From Octopus bimaculoides (Eukaryota): a stretch of 51,436 nt of DNA. Shown here piece by piece: positions 10,456-23,810 of the stretch. The translations under genes and the position numbers were made by a program. The notes under the pieces were generated by a model. The model was given only the letters and a program-made list of their open reading frames with translations, was not told the origin of the DNA and did not search any database. The stretch lies in NCBI RefSeq assembly GCF_001194135.2, contig NC_068990.1:48685262-48736697 (forward strand), read 5' to 3'. The stretch's first letter is position 1. Every line of letters starts with the position of its first letter.

Positions 10456-10817
10456 ATCTATTACTTGCTTTAGACACTGGACTGCAGCCATGCTGGGGCA
10501 CTGCCTAGAAGAGTTTTAGTTGAACAAAACAAACCCAGTACTTATTTTTTAAGTCCTGTACTTATTCTATTTTGTTGAACTGCTAAGTTATGAAAATGTA
10601 AACAAATACCAGTTGTCAAGCAGTGGGTGAGGAAAACATACACACATACAAACAGACAAATGAACTTTCAGTTTTTGTTAATCAAATTCACTCAAAAGAG
10701 TTTGGTCAGCATGGAACTATAGTAGAAGACACTTACCCAAGATACCACACAGTGGAACTGAACCTGAGATCATGTGGTTGCAAAGCAAGCTTCTTAACTG
10801 CACAGTCATAACCATGC
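10456..10817 (-). mobile_element. SINE family 1, old CpG-free copy
   Basis: Reverse complement of the 6824-7240 family. Confidence 0.8.
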
Positions 10818-13149
10818 ATAATTATACACAAAGCAATAGGTCTCTACAAATGACTTAAAGACTCTTAAAATTTTACTTGCTGTCATTTAAAAGCATCAGC
10901 ACATACAAATGAGAAGAAATTTATATTTTACTTTCATAAAACATCAGTAGCCTAATAAAAAAAAATGTTTAAACCTTATCCTTTGACTGAGCTAATATTT
11001 TAGCCAATATTAGGTAAAAGATAATTAGACAATTTATCCTGAATAATAAATATGAGAAAAAAATTAATAACCCTCATGGCTAATTTCAGTTTCCGATAGA
11101 GAGAACACATGAAATACTGTCTTTATTCGGTTTTTCATAGACTAAACTATATTCCCTTACTATTTCCTTACTAGATAAAAAGAGAGAAAACAGTTTAAAT
11201 GGATTAATAAATAACTTTGTTAAGTCTGTGGAATATTTCATTAAAAAATAAAATTAAAATTCGTTGTCCATACATTTTGTTATATTACAATTTCTAAAAA
11301 TTTCTAACCTATTTCTAATCATTAGAAACTTGGAATTTAGACACATCAAATAATTAAGTATAAATATGCAAGCTTCTTAACATCATTTGATATAATGAAC
11401 TCCTTGTTTGTTGCTGGAGTTGCATTATGCTGTGTATTCTTAGTCAACTCACTTAAATATTTGAATGTCTTGGTGGAATAGATTTCAATCAATTAACTCA
11501 TAAAAGACAACTGACTGATTTACCCAAGGGAGGAATTGTGCATTATCTGCTTAATGCTATAAAAACTCAAGATAAAATACTTCTCTTACAAATCAATATC
11601 AACTTTCCACAAAAAAAAAAATTTGTTCTAAAATGAAACTAGTTTTAACAAAATGTTCAGTTAACATTAAGGGATTACTAAAATGTGGGTCACATTTTAG
11701 TAATCAGTAGAAACACCAAGACATGCTAATATTACCAAAAGAAATAATGTGGATCCCAAAGTTAGTCATCCTACTAAAACATATTTACAAACAACATAAA
11801 ACATAAAGAGTAGAAGTATTACAGTAAGGTTTTCTCTGTGTTTTATTTATTTATTTATTTATTTTGTTGTTTTCCTATTTTATAAACTCATTAGTGATAT
11901 GCATGTTAATCTCATAGAGAAAGACAATAGTTCATCTAACAGAAGAAACAAATGAGAAGTGAAAAGAAATTTACTTTAACCTGTCCAAAGCATTTTCATT
12001 AGTTTGTCCTAAACATCCATGTTTGTTTTCAGACTTTTAAATAGCCCTTGTTTCATATGCTCTGACTAAAATAAAGTTTTCCATTCATAAATCCCAAGTC
12101 ACACTCGCAGTCGAAAAAATTATGAATGTGTATCATATATAATGCATAGACACCAGGGAAATACATCCTGTGTATTACATGTAAAACACAGGAAAGGCAA
12201 AGGGATAAAGATGCTGTTTTTATGTTTTAGTAACCAGAAAATGTACATGTTCATAAAAAATGGATAATGTTAGTTACAAAACAATGTTCTAGTCAGGTAA
12301 TCTAGAGATAAAAGTATGTGAGGAACCCCATTCATACAAGCTACCAGGCAGTACATTATATGATGAAACTGAAGTTATTGTAGATAACTGGAAGTGGTGT
12401 CCATCAATGGCATGTCATATGTAATGGAACAGTTTGTTAATTATACTGAAGTTATGAGAACTTTTAACAGTAGTAAATCTGGCAAAACAAGTACTGAACC
12501 AAGATTAAAAATATAATTTAAATTGATCCAAGAGGGAAAAATCTCTATAAGTGTTGTATTAGTTTCAAATATACTTTAAAAATAGGAAGTGTTCATTCAG
12601 TAAAAGGATAAGATAAAAGTAAATCAATATTCTAGTACAATAAAGCAAAGAACAATAAAGTAGAAATATTCAACAAGACATTTATATGCCTGTCCACTGC
12701 TTTAAACATACTCACTGACAAGCACACATTTTACATTTGATAATAACATCACATTTAATAATGTGATTTATGTAATTCATGAATAGAATTTGATCAACAA
12801 CACTCAAATTGTCAGTCACAGGATATCAGAATGCTTCACTTAGCAAAGCAGAAAATTCTAAATTAAAAAAAAAAATTCAATTTATTTCCAATCAATCACA
12901 AGAACTTTGTTTTAAGTGTTTGACATGTCATACGAAGGTGATGCCGAAATCGCCTAAAAGAATTATCCATAGAAAAAAATTAAATCAATAACAAAAAATT
13001 GTTTATAAAAAAAATAAGTAAATTTAAACAAAATAATTACAATTAAGTAAACATTATCACAAAATGAAAAACCTTTTACTGTAATTAAAAAATATATCTC
13101 AAATTATGTGATAACTACAAACATATACTTATATATTTATTTATATATA

Positions 13150-13209
13150 CAAACATACAAACAAGTAAATATGCACACGTGTGTGTGTGCATACATATAT
13201 ATATGTATG

Positions 13210-13256
<47 letters not shown>

Positions 13257-13301
13257 ATGTATGTATGTATACATATGTGTATATATATATGTGTATGCAT
13301 A
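13150..13301. repeat. (TA)/(TG)/(TATG) compound microsatellite
   Basis: Direct reading; explains ORFs 13108-13376. Confidence 0.95.
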
Positions 13302-13663
13302 TGTAGTAGCATAGCAGGATAGCTGAATTACATCCCTTTGCTGGTTAATGCCACCAGGTGATGTCGCAGCTAACACCTATATATTCCGGTGGTGGAGAGC
13401 GATCTTTCTCTCTCACCAAATGAACACCAAGGAGCACTGATCTCCGACCACAGACCACATGCATCTACCATTGTCCTAATGACGTTTGCCTGGCAGTCTT
13501 GTTATTACCGTCGTTCTAATGATACTTGCCTAATAGACTTCAGACCACTGTCATTTTCCTGCGTTATCATGGCGATTTGTTCAGCAACTAACTCTACCAC
13601 CACAGCTTAAGAGACAATTGTAGAGTTACCAACTTTGTTGACACCTGCTATGAATTTGTAACA
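13302..13663 (+). mobile_element. Candidate solo LTR
   Basis: Starts TGTAG and ends TAACA, with a subterminal inverted catagcagg/cctgctatg motif, a TATA-like ctatat, a CT-rich run and locally high CpG. No matching TSD was found. Confidence 0.5.
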
Positions 13664-14857
13664 GTAAGTCCAAGCTATGAACTGAATATGTTTTCTGACT
13701 AAGCTTCACATAAGACACCGTACATGCATTTCTGATACCCTTGCAATTTTGTCCTGCAACTAGTTAGTGTTTACTTCTTATCCAAAGCATCCACAATGTG
13801 TTAATATTTGATTTCTTACATCGTGTGAAAAACTGTGTTTGTATCCTCTATCCCAAATAAATTTTATTTATCATTGTATGGAGTCTCATCTTACTTTTAT
13901 GACAGAACAGTGTTACACAACCTAAATTTAGTGGAATACTACATGGATACCTCCACACCACTGAGTTTGGTGTAATGTCGTGCCTATACACTGCTAAATA
14001 TATATACATACTAGCAAACACACCCATCCTTTGGACAGTTTAAGCTACTTTGGTGGTATTTTTTTTCTACCTAGAAGGTTTATGAGTAGCATGGCAATCT
14101 ATGTTTCTGATTAAGCTAGGAACGATAAATGAAATTGAAGGTTGGCTATTGTGGAGGTCGTCGCACTTTAATGATCATAGAACATATAAGTTTGCAAGTG
14201 ATGCAAAGTAGAGCTACTAAAGTATTTTGAGAGTAGATTACGGATAATGGCTACAAAATATAGTTGTTTTACATCAAAGTGAAATTTCTTGTCAGAAACA
14301 GCCACATAAGTGGTGTAAGGAAATTGAAGGAAGACATTGAAACTTCCCCTCTTGAGTTTATTTTATTCAACAGCAAAGGGAGCTATTTTGCAGAGAGATA
14401 AGCTAACAAAAGCCTCTTTATTCTGTCTTCCCACATAGCTTGCACATAAACTAACAGCGAATGCTACAAAGTGAAACTGGTATGGAGCTTTCTGAAAGGT
14501 ATGTATAGCTTTCACTAGTGGAAGTAAAACTCTTATTTAAAGGTTGATTCTTTGGGACGAATCATACGTGATTGTTTAAAAAGGGCAAGAATGACAATGC
14601 TAAAATGTATTTGAAACAATGACCAACAGTTAAAATATCATAATGGATGGGTAAATAAGCATCCTTAAAGTGAAACAACAGTATCAAAGGTAAGCAAAGG
14701 TATCAACAAATACAAGACAGGGAAGTGAACAACTTTCAAGTAACTCAGAATAGGTAAAGGTAAGCTTACCAACGTTTAATGCAGTTTAAATATGTAGATT
14801 AAGTTAGTTTGGTATTGGACATTTTCATGTACAGTGTTCCTAGTGAATCACTGTTGT

Positions 14858-15345
14858 AGGTAGACAGTGGAAATAAATAGACAAAATCCTTTCAGTTTTA
14901 TAAAAAGATTAAAAAAGTATGGAAGACCCTACATACAAAAAATCTATCTCCATTTATGTCCAATGACATGGGAGTTCTGGGCAAAATGTTATAGTGCTTG
15001 ACCATCGCTGGGACATATATAATATGTGCGTAAAGTTTGATGAAAATCGGTTGAGAATTGTAGAAATGTAAGTGCTAGTCATTATACATGCACATACTGT
15101 GATTTATATAGGTGGACAGTGGAAATAAATAAGTAGACAAAATCCTTTCACTTCTATAAAAAGATTTTAAAAAGTATGGAAAACCTTACATACAAAAAAA
15201 CTATGTGCATCTATGTCCATTTATGTGGAAGCTCTGGGCAAAATGTTATAGTGCATGACCATCCTTGGGACATATATAATGTGTGTAAAGTTTGGTGAAA
15301 ATCAGGTGAGAATTGTGAAAAGGCATTAGTCATTATACATACACA
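14858..15345 (+). repeat. Diverged tandem duplication, period about 252 bp, Helentron/HINE-like sequence
   Basis: Units at 14858 and 15110 align end to end. They contain aaagtttgatgaaaatcggttgagaattg, which resembles DINE-1/HINE-type cores (family assignment is inference). Confidence 0.7.
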
Positions 15346-15349
15346 TGAG

Positions 15350-15846
15350 GATAGCTGTGTGAAGAGGTGTCACACCCTAACTGTGGAGGAAACCTATTGA
15401 AGAGGTAGACCCAGGAAGACATGGGATGAGCATAACCTTCACACGTTGGGCCTCACAGAGGCAATGACAAGCGACCAAGCCCTTTGGAGATATGCTGTGC
15501 TTGAGAAGCCAAGTGAGATCGTAGCCATGGTCAATGCCAGTGTCGCATAACTGGCCCATCTAAAAGTACTCTTCAATCGTAGGGCAATATGCTGTGCTTG
15601 TGAAGACCTGTGGAACCAAGTGAAAGCATAGTCATGGTTGATGCCAGTGCCGCTTGACTGGCACCCATGTCGGTGGCACATAAAAAGCACCATTCAAGCA
15701 TGGCCCATGCCAGTGCCACCTGGCCAGCACCCATGTAGAAACCTTGCCAAATCAGATTGGAGCCTGGTGCAGCCTCCCAGTCCTCAGTCAAACCATCCAA
15801 CCCATACCAGCTTGTAAAGTGGACGTTAAACGACGATGATGATGCT
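15350..15846 (+). mobile_element. 3' end of an RTE-like LINE (or its SINE-like derivative) with (GAT)n tail
   Basis: Starts with a RGRPRKTWDE-like coding remnant, then a repetitive UTR ending gttaaacgacgatgatgatg. Confidence 0.7.
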
Positions 15847-16559
15847 GATATGTATATATACACATGTATGTATATACACATGTATGTATATGTATATACA
15901 CACATGTATGTATATATACATCATTTTTAGCATTGCATAAATATTGTAATAGAAACACTGGCATGTTGACAATATTTTGGTATTATTCAGTTAGATTTCA
16001 AGTCGCCTTCAAAGTATTACAAAGAACTTTGGCAAAAATCAATAAAATCTTGACCACTGGCCATTGTTGATTGAATTATTAAAACAATGCCAATGCACAT
16101 GGTTTGGATAATTATCTAATCACCACATTTGGTGGAATATTTGTACTACTAGGCTAGTGATTTGATAATCACAAGTTCTAACCATGCATCAAGCACAATA
16201 TTATGCCCAGAAGTAACACATACCATGCTACTTACTTGCTTGTTTTAACCATTATTCAAACCCCTCATCTCATTCAATGGAGAATGATATGGAGTCTGGT
16301 TTGAATTGCAGGAGCTGCCAGTCCTCTATACAATCAAATTATAGTTTGGCAAAGTTTCCAAAACAGTCCAAGATCACAGAATATTCAGTTGGTTACCTGT
16401 GTACCACAGATCTGCTTAAGTAGAGCAGGAACCAATGAGAGAGCCTTTATAAGGATCACTGAAACTACTAGAAATAGCAACTAAATCTGCTAAGCTCACA
16501 CCCTGTCTTCAAAAAAGACAAGGAGGTTGAGAGGATACCTTGAATAATATAGTCCTGAA

Positions 16560-17227
16560 CAGTGGCAGTTCATGTATAGGCACTGTGAAACTGCAGCACC
16601 CCCTATTTCCTCTCGATATTATCAATAACATTCAATATAATGAATCCTTTTTTTCTTTAATTCTTTCTTTATACTTGCACATTATACAATCCTTAAGCTT
16701 AATGTCAGCAACCATTTCCTAGTTTATGAAAAAATTACAAAAATCCTTGTATAGAACTGTGCGCTTTACAGTTCCAGCAATGCAGTGTTTGACTGTTGTG
16801 AACATGCTCACATATCCGAGATAGGAAGCTTCACGTTAGGGAGAGGGAGCACTGTCATTCACGCACTGCTGGTGAATGGTAGTGTTTCTTTTTGGCTTCA
16901 CATATGTTGTGTTTGAATGTGAATAAAGTGTAGAATTAGATTATTATCCTGCTTCCAGCTTCAGTGTTGCTGCCAGGACTTGAAAAATAAGGCCAATTTT
17001 CCCCTTATTTTGTGATTTAGTGAGGACTTTTGAAAAACAAGTGGGAATTCACAGCGGTCTTCAGTGAACAAATTAAACACTACCTGGCAGTGGCTAAAAC
17101 GTGAACTGATCAAGTTTATGTATAAATATTCTTTCTATATATTTATTTCCTTTCACACAATATTAAAACAATGGCTAAAAATTTTCTGAAGCAGCACCCC
17201 ACTAATTTTATCTACGAGCTGCCACTG
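16560..17227. mobile_element. hAT-superfamily non-autonomous element (668 bp)
   Basis: TIR cagtggcagttc / cagtggcagctc; 8-bp TSD gtcctgaa (16552-16559) vs gttctgaa (17228-17235). Confidence 0.85.
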
Positions 17228-17267
17228 GTTCTGAATACACTCCATTTTCCAGCACGCAAGTCAAATT

Positions 17268-18727
17268 CGTCATCATCAAGATCCCTTAACTGATGCAGCC
17301 AATCGTTGGGGCATCACTCCAGATGCTTTCATAGTCAGCCACCACCACTGGTCTCTTTTTTCTGTATACATAACAGGTTTGCAGTTTTGTGACCTGCCCA
17401 GTCCTTGAAGCTGTCAAACTAAGATTTTCCCTGTCTACCTCTCTTTCACCCTCACTCAACTGTGCCCTGAAGATTTTCAACAGGGAGTTGTGGCGAGATA
17501 CATGACTACACCAGGCAAACTTTGTCTTTTTATCTGTGCAAGGAGTGTTTCCTGCCTGCTAGCACATTTGTTGACTTGCTGTCTTACAAAACTATTTGTT
17601 TTGTGCTTTATGTACAGGATGTGTAGCAGCCTCTTGAAGTACATGTGCTCAGATACCTGGATTTTTTTGCTCCATGTCAACTGTAAGATTCCAGTTTCTA
17701 CACCCATACAGAATGCTCAAAGTTACCAGGGATTTGTACATTGAGTATTGTTGCAAAATTAATGGAATTGATTTTCTTTTCCATATGGTGTTCAGCTTTT
17801 CTTTTCCATATGGTGGCAGCAGAGGCTAAACTGAATTTTTGTTATTTCCTTTTGAGACCTGTTCTCCTTGGTCAAGGTGGATTCTAAGTACTTGGAGACG
17901 TCCACTTTGTCAAGTACTTCTTCATTCAGCATGATGTTGATTACTGTATTCTAATTGTTACTATTAACCAGGATCTTGCTTTTTTCTGAGCTGATCTCCA
18001 TCCCATATGCTCCTGATACTTTTTCCAGTCTCTTGGTGAGCTTCTGTAATTCTACTTCACTGCTTCCTAACAGGTCAATATCATCAGCAAAGCACAGGTT
18101 GGAAATGGGCCATCCTCCAATGGAAACAGTGTGATGGCAGTCTTGAAGTGTCTTTTGCATGATGTTCTCCAGGAAGATGTTAAAAAGTACTGGAGAGAGG
18201 TGACATCCTTGCTGAACATCCACTGTTGTCCTGAATAATTCTCTGATCTTGTTCAAGAGAACTGCACTGCTTGAGTTTTCATACAGTGCTTGGATTACTT
18301 CGATGAGGTTGTTGCTGAAGAAGCAATTCTTCATCAGCTGCCACAACCCATCATGCCAAACATGGTCAAAAGACTTTTCAAAAGCGAAGTTGTGATAGTC
18401 TGGTGTTGCAGATGTTCCTCAGTGAGCAGTCTAATGTCAAATATCTGCTCCACATTACTCCTAGAATATGGAGGACCAAAGCATATCAAGGCACTAACAG
18501 TGATCTGTCAGAAGATATGGGAGTGAAGCAGTGGCCAAAAGAGTGGACCCAATCACTGGTAACATAAGAATCTGCTAGAATTGTAGAACAATCAGCCTAA
18601 TCTGCTACCACAGCAAAGTATTGCTAAGAGTTCTAGTAAACAGACTTAAAGGGAAGGTCAAAGAAATCCTTACAGAAAAACAGGTAGAATTTAGGCTCAA
18701 AAGGAGTAATGTGGAGCAGATATTTAC
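17268..18727 (-). mobile_element. RTE-clade LINE insertion, 5'-truncated with an inverted 5' segment
   Basis: Minus-strand RT has QQGCHLSPVLFNIF and NLCFADDIDL, with a C-terminal QGTVEG..RGRQ-like motif and a (GAT)n tail. 18461-18727 carries the upstream RT part on the plus strand. TSD caagtcaaatt (17257-17267) / caagttgaatt (18728-18738). Confidence 0.9.
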
Positions 18728-19435
18728 CAAGTTGAATTATTCAGATCAAAATTAATAGTCAAAAAAGATAGATCAATTTATACACCAAGACAACTTCAGA
18801 GGACCAAAATTTCCACATGAAATGCAGCAGGATTTGGAAATAGGGTGACGATGTTTAAATGTTTACACTATATATGTTACCTTGTACAGTACATTAAGAT
18901 TGTATACAGTACATTAAGAACATACAATACATTAAGATTGGATGGTGAACACTAGACACTTTTGATCAAAGCCACATGCATTAATCTATGGCTTTTAATT
19001 ACAACAATGGTTGGGAAACAAATATATAAAATATAAGTAAAATTAACTATTTATAACAAACTTAAATGATACTTTGAAAAAAAAAATGTTTAAACTATCT
19101 CACAGAAATTAATTCAGATAATAATAGTTTCAAGAAAATTATAGTTAATTTCTTGCAGGTGGAGTCTGTTAACAGAATTTATTGATTCAGTATAATTTTA
19201 TGGCAATACAGTCTCCATCATCCACTAACAGAATAATTAACATTATATTTATCTGATGAAATTTTACTTGAGTAATTACTAAAAATCAATTTCATTATGC
19301 TTTTAATAATTATATGGTGGGGTGACTTTTTTCTCCAAAAGAGCAATTAGTGATATGTGGAACAGTTTGTACTGAAAATTTGAACCAGAGTCACAAGCCC
19401 AATTCAACTCACAAGAATAAATAAAATTGATCTAA

Positions 19436-19466
<31 letters not shown>

Positions 19467-19504
19467 CGCGTGCGTGCGCGCGTTTGCTTCTTTTTAATAT
19501 TTAC

Positions 19505-19845
19505 TTTTTATCTTTTACTTGTTTCAGTCATTTGACTGTGACCACACTGGGGCACTACTTTAAAGAATTTTTTATTGAATGAATTGACCCCAGTACTTAT
19601 TTTCTTAAAAGCCTGGTACTTCTTCCATTGGTATCTCTTTGCCGAACCACTAAGTTATGGGGATGCAAATACACCACCACTGGTTGTGAAGAAGTGTTGG
19701 AGGACAAACTCAGAACAAAGACACACATACGCATATATATATATATAATGGGCTTCTTTCAGTTTCTGTCTACCAAATCCACTTGCCCAAGGTGTCATGT
19801 GGTTGGGAAGCAAACTTCTTACAACACAAACACTCCTGTGCGTAT
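19505..19845 (-). mobile_element. SINE family 1, partly deleted
   Basis: tcttttacttgtttcagtca..ggcttctttcagttt..catgtggttgggaagcaa matches the family. Confidence 0.8.
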
Positions 19846-21222
19846 AACCACTCATAAGCCTTTTTTTTTAATATAAATTATTTCATGTTACAACTGGTTA
19901 AATTGTTACATGAAATGTAAGATCTTATTTATATCACAGCTGGATTGATTTTTTATGCCTAGGTATTAGTCAGCTGAGTTTTTTTATACTTTATTTTATG
20001 GTAGTCAGAGAAGATATATCCAGTTGAACTAACTATATTATATTTACTTGTAGTTATATTATCAAGCAAGAAGAATGAAAAGACAAATCATGCACTAAGT
20101 AGATTTCAATGTTCCATAATAGAATTTAGAAAGCAATATATGTTGCCCTAACTAATTTTGTAAATTGAATTTTTTTTTTTTAAATGGTACTTTTAAGGAT
20201 AAATTCTTCATTAATTAAAATTACATTTTGCCACCATGCTAGAACCAAACAATCTATCTGGTTTTAATCCAAAATTTAAATCCTTCTTATACTCAAAAAC
20301 TTATGTTCATTACAAATTCCCTTTCTACTTGAAAAGCATAAATCTTTCAATTAAACCAAGATGTGTAATTTGATTCAATATTGAAAAACTGAAAAACTAA
20401 AGCTAAAGAATGAAAGAGAAAAAGGAAAGAAACACAGTTTCTAATAATATTTTGTTTAAATCATAACAGGAATGATTAGATTATGATTAATGAATGAAAG
20501 ATCCTAAAGCAAAGGTAATAGTTTCAAATACACATTAAAAAACAGAAGGTAAAATACATTATCTAAAATTTAACTTAGGTGAGACATCTTTATATAAAAT
20601 ACAAAAGTACTCAAAAACAAAAAACAAAAGTAAGATTAAGAAATTCAAAATTTACATATTGTTATAGCAAGAATACTGTGTTGTATAATTACACATTTTT
20701 CAATTAAGCAGACAAAGGCAATCACAAATGATTATGCATATAATTATTATTTAGATACACTGAATGCATGATACTCAACCCATTACAGCTACATTTTGGG
20801 GTTATGTTTCGTTTCAATAGCAATTACTATAAAATTTTGTTTGTAAGTAGAAAAGTGAAGGAGTACTTGTCCTCTGATCAATGATCAACAAAGCATGAAT
20901 ACTGATAGGGCAATACGTTCCCTGTTATCTAATTGTAGGTTCATATCTCTCCAGTCAATTTAGCGTTGATCAATTCCTCCACAAGTCAACTTGTCACTCA
21001 CCAATAGTTTCAAAATATTCTTAACTTTTCATATACATATATATATATACACATACATATATACATGTATCTACATATACCTATACATACATACACATAT
21101 ACATGTATCTATATATACCTATNNNNNNNNNNNNNNNNNNNNNNNNNNNNNNNNNNNNNNNNNNNNNNNNNNNNNNNNNNNNNNNNNNNNNNNNNNNNNN
21201 NNNNNNNNNNNNNNNNNNNNNN

Positions 21223-21270
21223 CCAACCCATGCTAGCATGGAAAGCAGACGTTAAACGATGATGATGATA
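21223..21270 (+). mobile_element. Extreme 3' end of the RTE-associated repeat family
   Basis: ccaacccatgctagcatggaaagcagacgttaaacgatgatgatg. Confidence 0.75.
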
Positions 21271-22341
21271 GGGTTGACTTCTAACAAAATTAAATTACGT
21301 GTGGCTCAACATATGAATTCTTTTAAGAATAGAAATATAATTAATTCTGCTGGCCTTAGTAAATATATATTGGAACTAAAATCTAAAAATATTATGTATA
21401 ATTTAAATTGGGAGATAGTTTGTTTGGCTAAATCTTATTGAATAGGTAGTGCTTCTTGTTTATTATGTACTAATAAATTTAAGGAGATATTATTAACGGA
21501 TAATAAAAAATTGATTAATTCCCTAGAAAAACGAAAAATTAAATGCAGACATAAGTGAAATTACTTATATAATAAGTTTAGTTGAGTTGTTTATTTATAT
21601 GAACCCCTATATTATGTTACTAATTGCTCTAGTTATGATTTGTAGTAGTAGAATGTGTATAAATTAGCATGAAATTATAAAGGATATATTACATATTTAG
21701 AATAACATTAAACTAAGATGTTTATAAAATAAATAAATTAATTAATTAATGTAAATAGAATGAATTATTGTAATTTAACTTCATTTATGTATATAATATA
21801 TAATGTATTTTACGTATTTTAGATTTAAGTTCTTTAGACTTTAGTATTTTTAAGTAAATGATATACTACAGTTAATTTCTTCCTTATTCTCACATCTAAA
21901 CTACATTGTCATCTTAAAGGTTTAAATACATATTTCTATCTTATTCTTCCATAATTTTTTATTTACGCCATATTTTCATGTGATATATTTCATATAAAAG
22001 CTAAGTTCTATGTATTACGTTTAAAATTTTAGTTTACAGCAATTCTTCGATAAGATACGTTGTGCTTTTATTTTAAGAAATATTGTAAAATGTTTTTCAA
22101 TTATTTATTTATTTATTGTTAAAACAAGTATTTTTTTTCTAGATATTTAGATATTTAGTATAAGTTACAATACGTACATTGATATTTTTTATTAATATTT
22201 TTATTTTATTTTAGACCTGACGAATGAGCATATTTTTGAATAAATTTAACTGTAGATCGATTTCATTATTAATCGAATCCTTAATCGAATTGGTTTTAGT
22301 AGTTATCTATTTTAAAATATAGCCACGAAATGTGCATAGTC
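21271..22341 (+). mobile_element. 5'-truncated Penelope-like element (C-terminal GIY-YIG + AT-rich tail + hammerhead)
   Basis: IGLTSNKIKLRVAQHMNSFKNR..LSKYILELK..WEIV..(stop)..CLLC..LIN..KCRHK is the PLE endonuclease C-terminus. A hammerhead lies at the distal end. Confidence 0.8.
22214..22341 (+). ncRNA. Type-I hammerhead with greatly extended stem II
   Basis: GAC CUGACGA [atgagcatatttttgaataaa ... tctattttaaaatatagccac] GAAA UGUGCA UA GUC. The core is intact, the stem II arms are imperfectly complementary and stem I is only 3 bp. Confidence 0.6.
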
Positions 22342-22569
22342 ATTTTATACCATATACTAGTTATTCTTTTATGTATTTTATTGATTTTTTGAATAAGCTT
22401 TTTATGATATACTTATTTTCTAGAGGGTATGAATTAAATTCTTCTTTATTGAATTATTTAATAGTGGTTTTTTTCTCTAAATTATACACATATATTTTAT
22501 ATTGGGAAATTTGATTTAGTGTTGCTAAATTGCATTTATCCCTGTAAGTTTTGGACTTTATTCCCTAAT

Positions 22570-22603
22570 ATTATTATTATTATATATATATACATACATA
22601 TAT

Positions 22604-22646
<43 letters not shown>

Positions 22647-22839
22647 TATACATGCACATATATATACACACACACATATATATACACACACACATATATA
22701 TACACACACACATATATATACACACACATATATATATATACACATATACATATATACACATATACATATATATATACATATACATATATACACATACACA
22801 TACATATATATATACATATACATACATATATATATATAC

Positions 22840-22886
<47 letters not shown>

Positions 22887-23810
22887 CACATATACATATA
22901 TATATATACATATACATATATACATNNNNNNNNNNNNNNNNNNNNNNNNNNNNNNNNNNNNNNNNNNNNNNNNNNNNNNNNNNNNNNNNNNNNNNNNNNN
23001 NNNNNNNNNNNNNNNNNNNNNNNNNNNNNNNNNNNNNNNNNNNNNNNNNNNNNNNNNNNNNNNNNNNNNNNNNNNNNNNNNNNNNNNNNNNNNNNNNNNN
23101 NNNNNNNNNNNNNNNNNNNNNNNNNNNNNNNNNNNNNNNNNNNNNNNNNNNNNNNNNNNNNNNNNNNNNNNNNNNNNNNNNNNNNNNNNNNNNNNNNNNN
23201 NNNNNNNNNNNNNNNNNNNNNNNNNNNNNNNNNNNNNNNNNNNNNNNNNNNNNNNNNNNNNNNNNNNNNNNNNNNNNNNNNNNNNNNNNNNNNNNNNNNN
23301 NNNNNNNNNNNNNNNNNNNNNNNNNNNNNNNNNNNNNNNNNNNNNNNNNNNNNNNNNNNNNNNNNNNNNNNNNNNNNNNNNNNNNNNNNNNNNNNNNNNN
23401 NNNNNNNNNNNNNNNNNNNNNNNNNNNNNNNNNNNNNNNNNNNNNNNNNNNNNNNNNNNNNNNNNNNNNNNNNNNNNNNNNNNNNNNNNNNNNNNNNNNN
23501 NNNNNNNNNNNNNNNNNNNNNNNNNNNNNNNNNNNNNNNNNNNNNNNNNNNNNNNNNNNNNNNNNNNNNNNNNNNNNNNNNNNNNNNNNNNNNNNNNNNN
23601 NNNNNNNNNNNNNNNNNNNNNNNNNNNNNNNNNNNNNNNNNNNNNNNNNNNNNNNNNNNNNNNNNNNNNNNNNNNNNNNNNNNNNNNNNNNNNNNNNNNN
23701 NAGTGTGGGTGTGTTTTTGTGTGTATTCGTGTTTGTGAGTGTGTGTGTGCATGCACGTGCGTGTGTGTGTGTGTGTGTGCATGCACGTGTGTGTGTGTGT
23801 GTGTGTGCCT
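22570..23810. repeat. (TA)/(CA)/(TACA) microsatellite block spanning an assembly gap
   Basis: Direct reading; explains five large spurious ORFs. Confidence 0.95.

Noticed and set aside
12360-12515. Short plus-strand open stretches (DETEVIVDNWKWC..., MEQFVNYTEV...)
   Set aside because: Under 35 codons, with no splice signals or recognisable homology.
13389-13610. 73-aa ORF as a coding exon
   Set aside because: It lies inside the LTR-like unit and has no splice boundaries or homology recognised.
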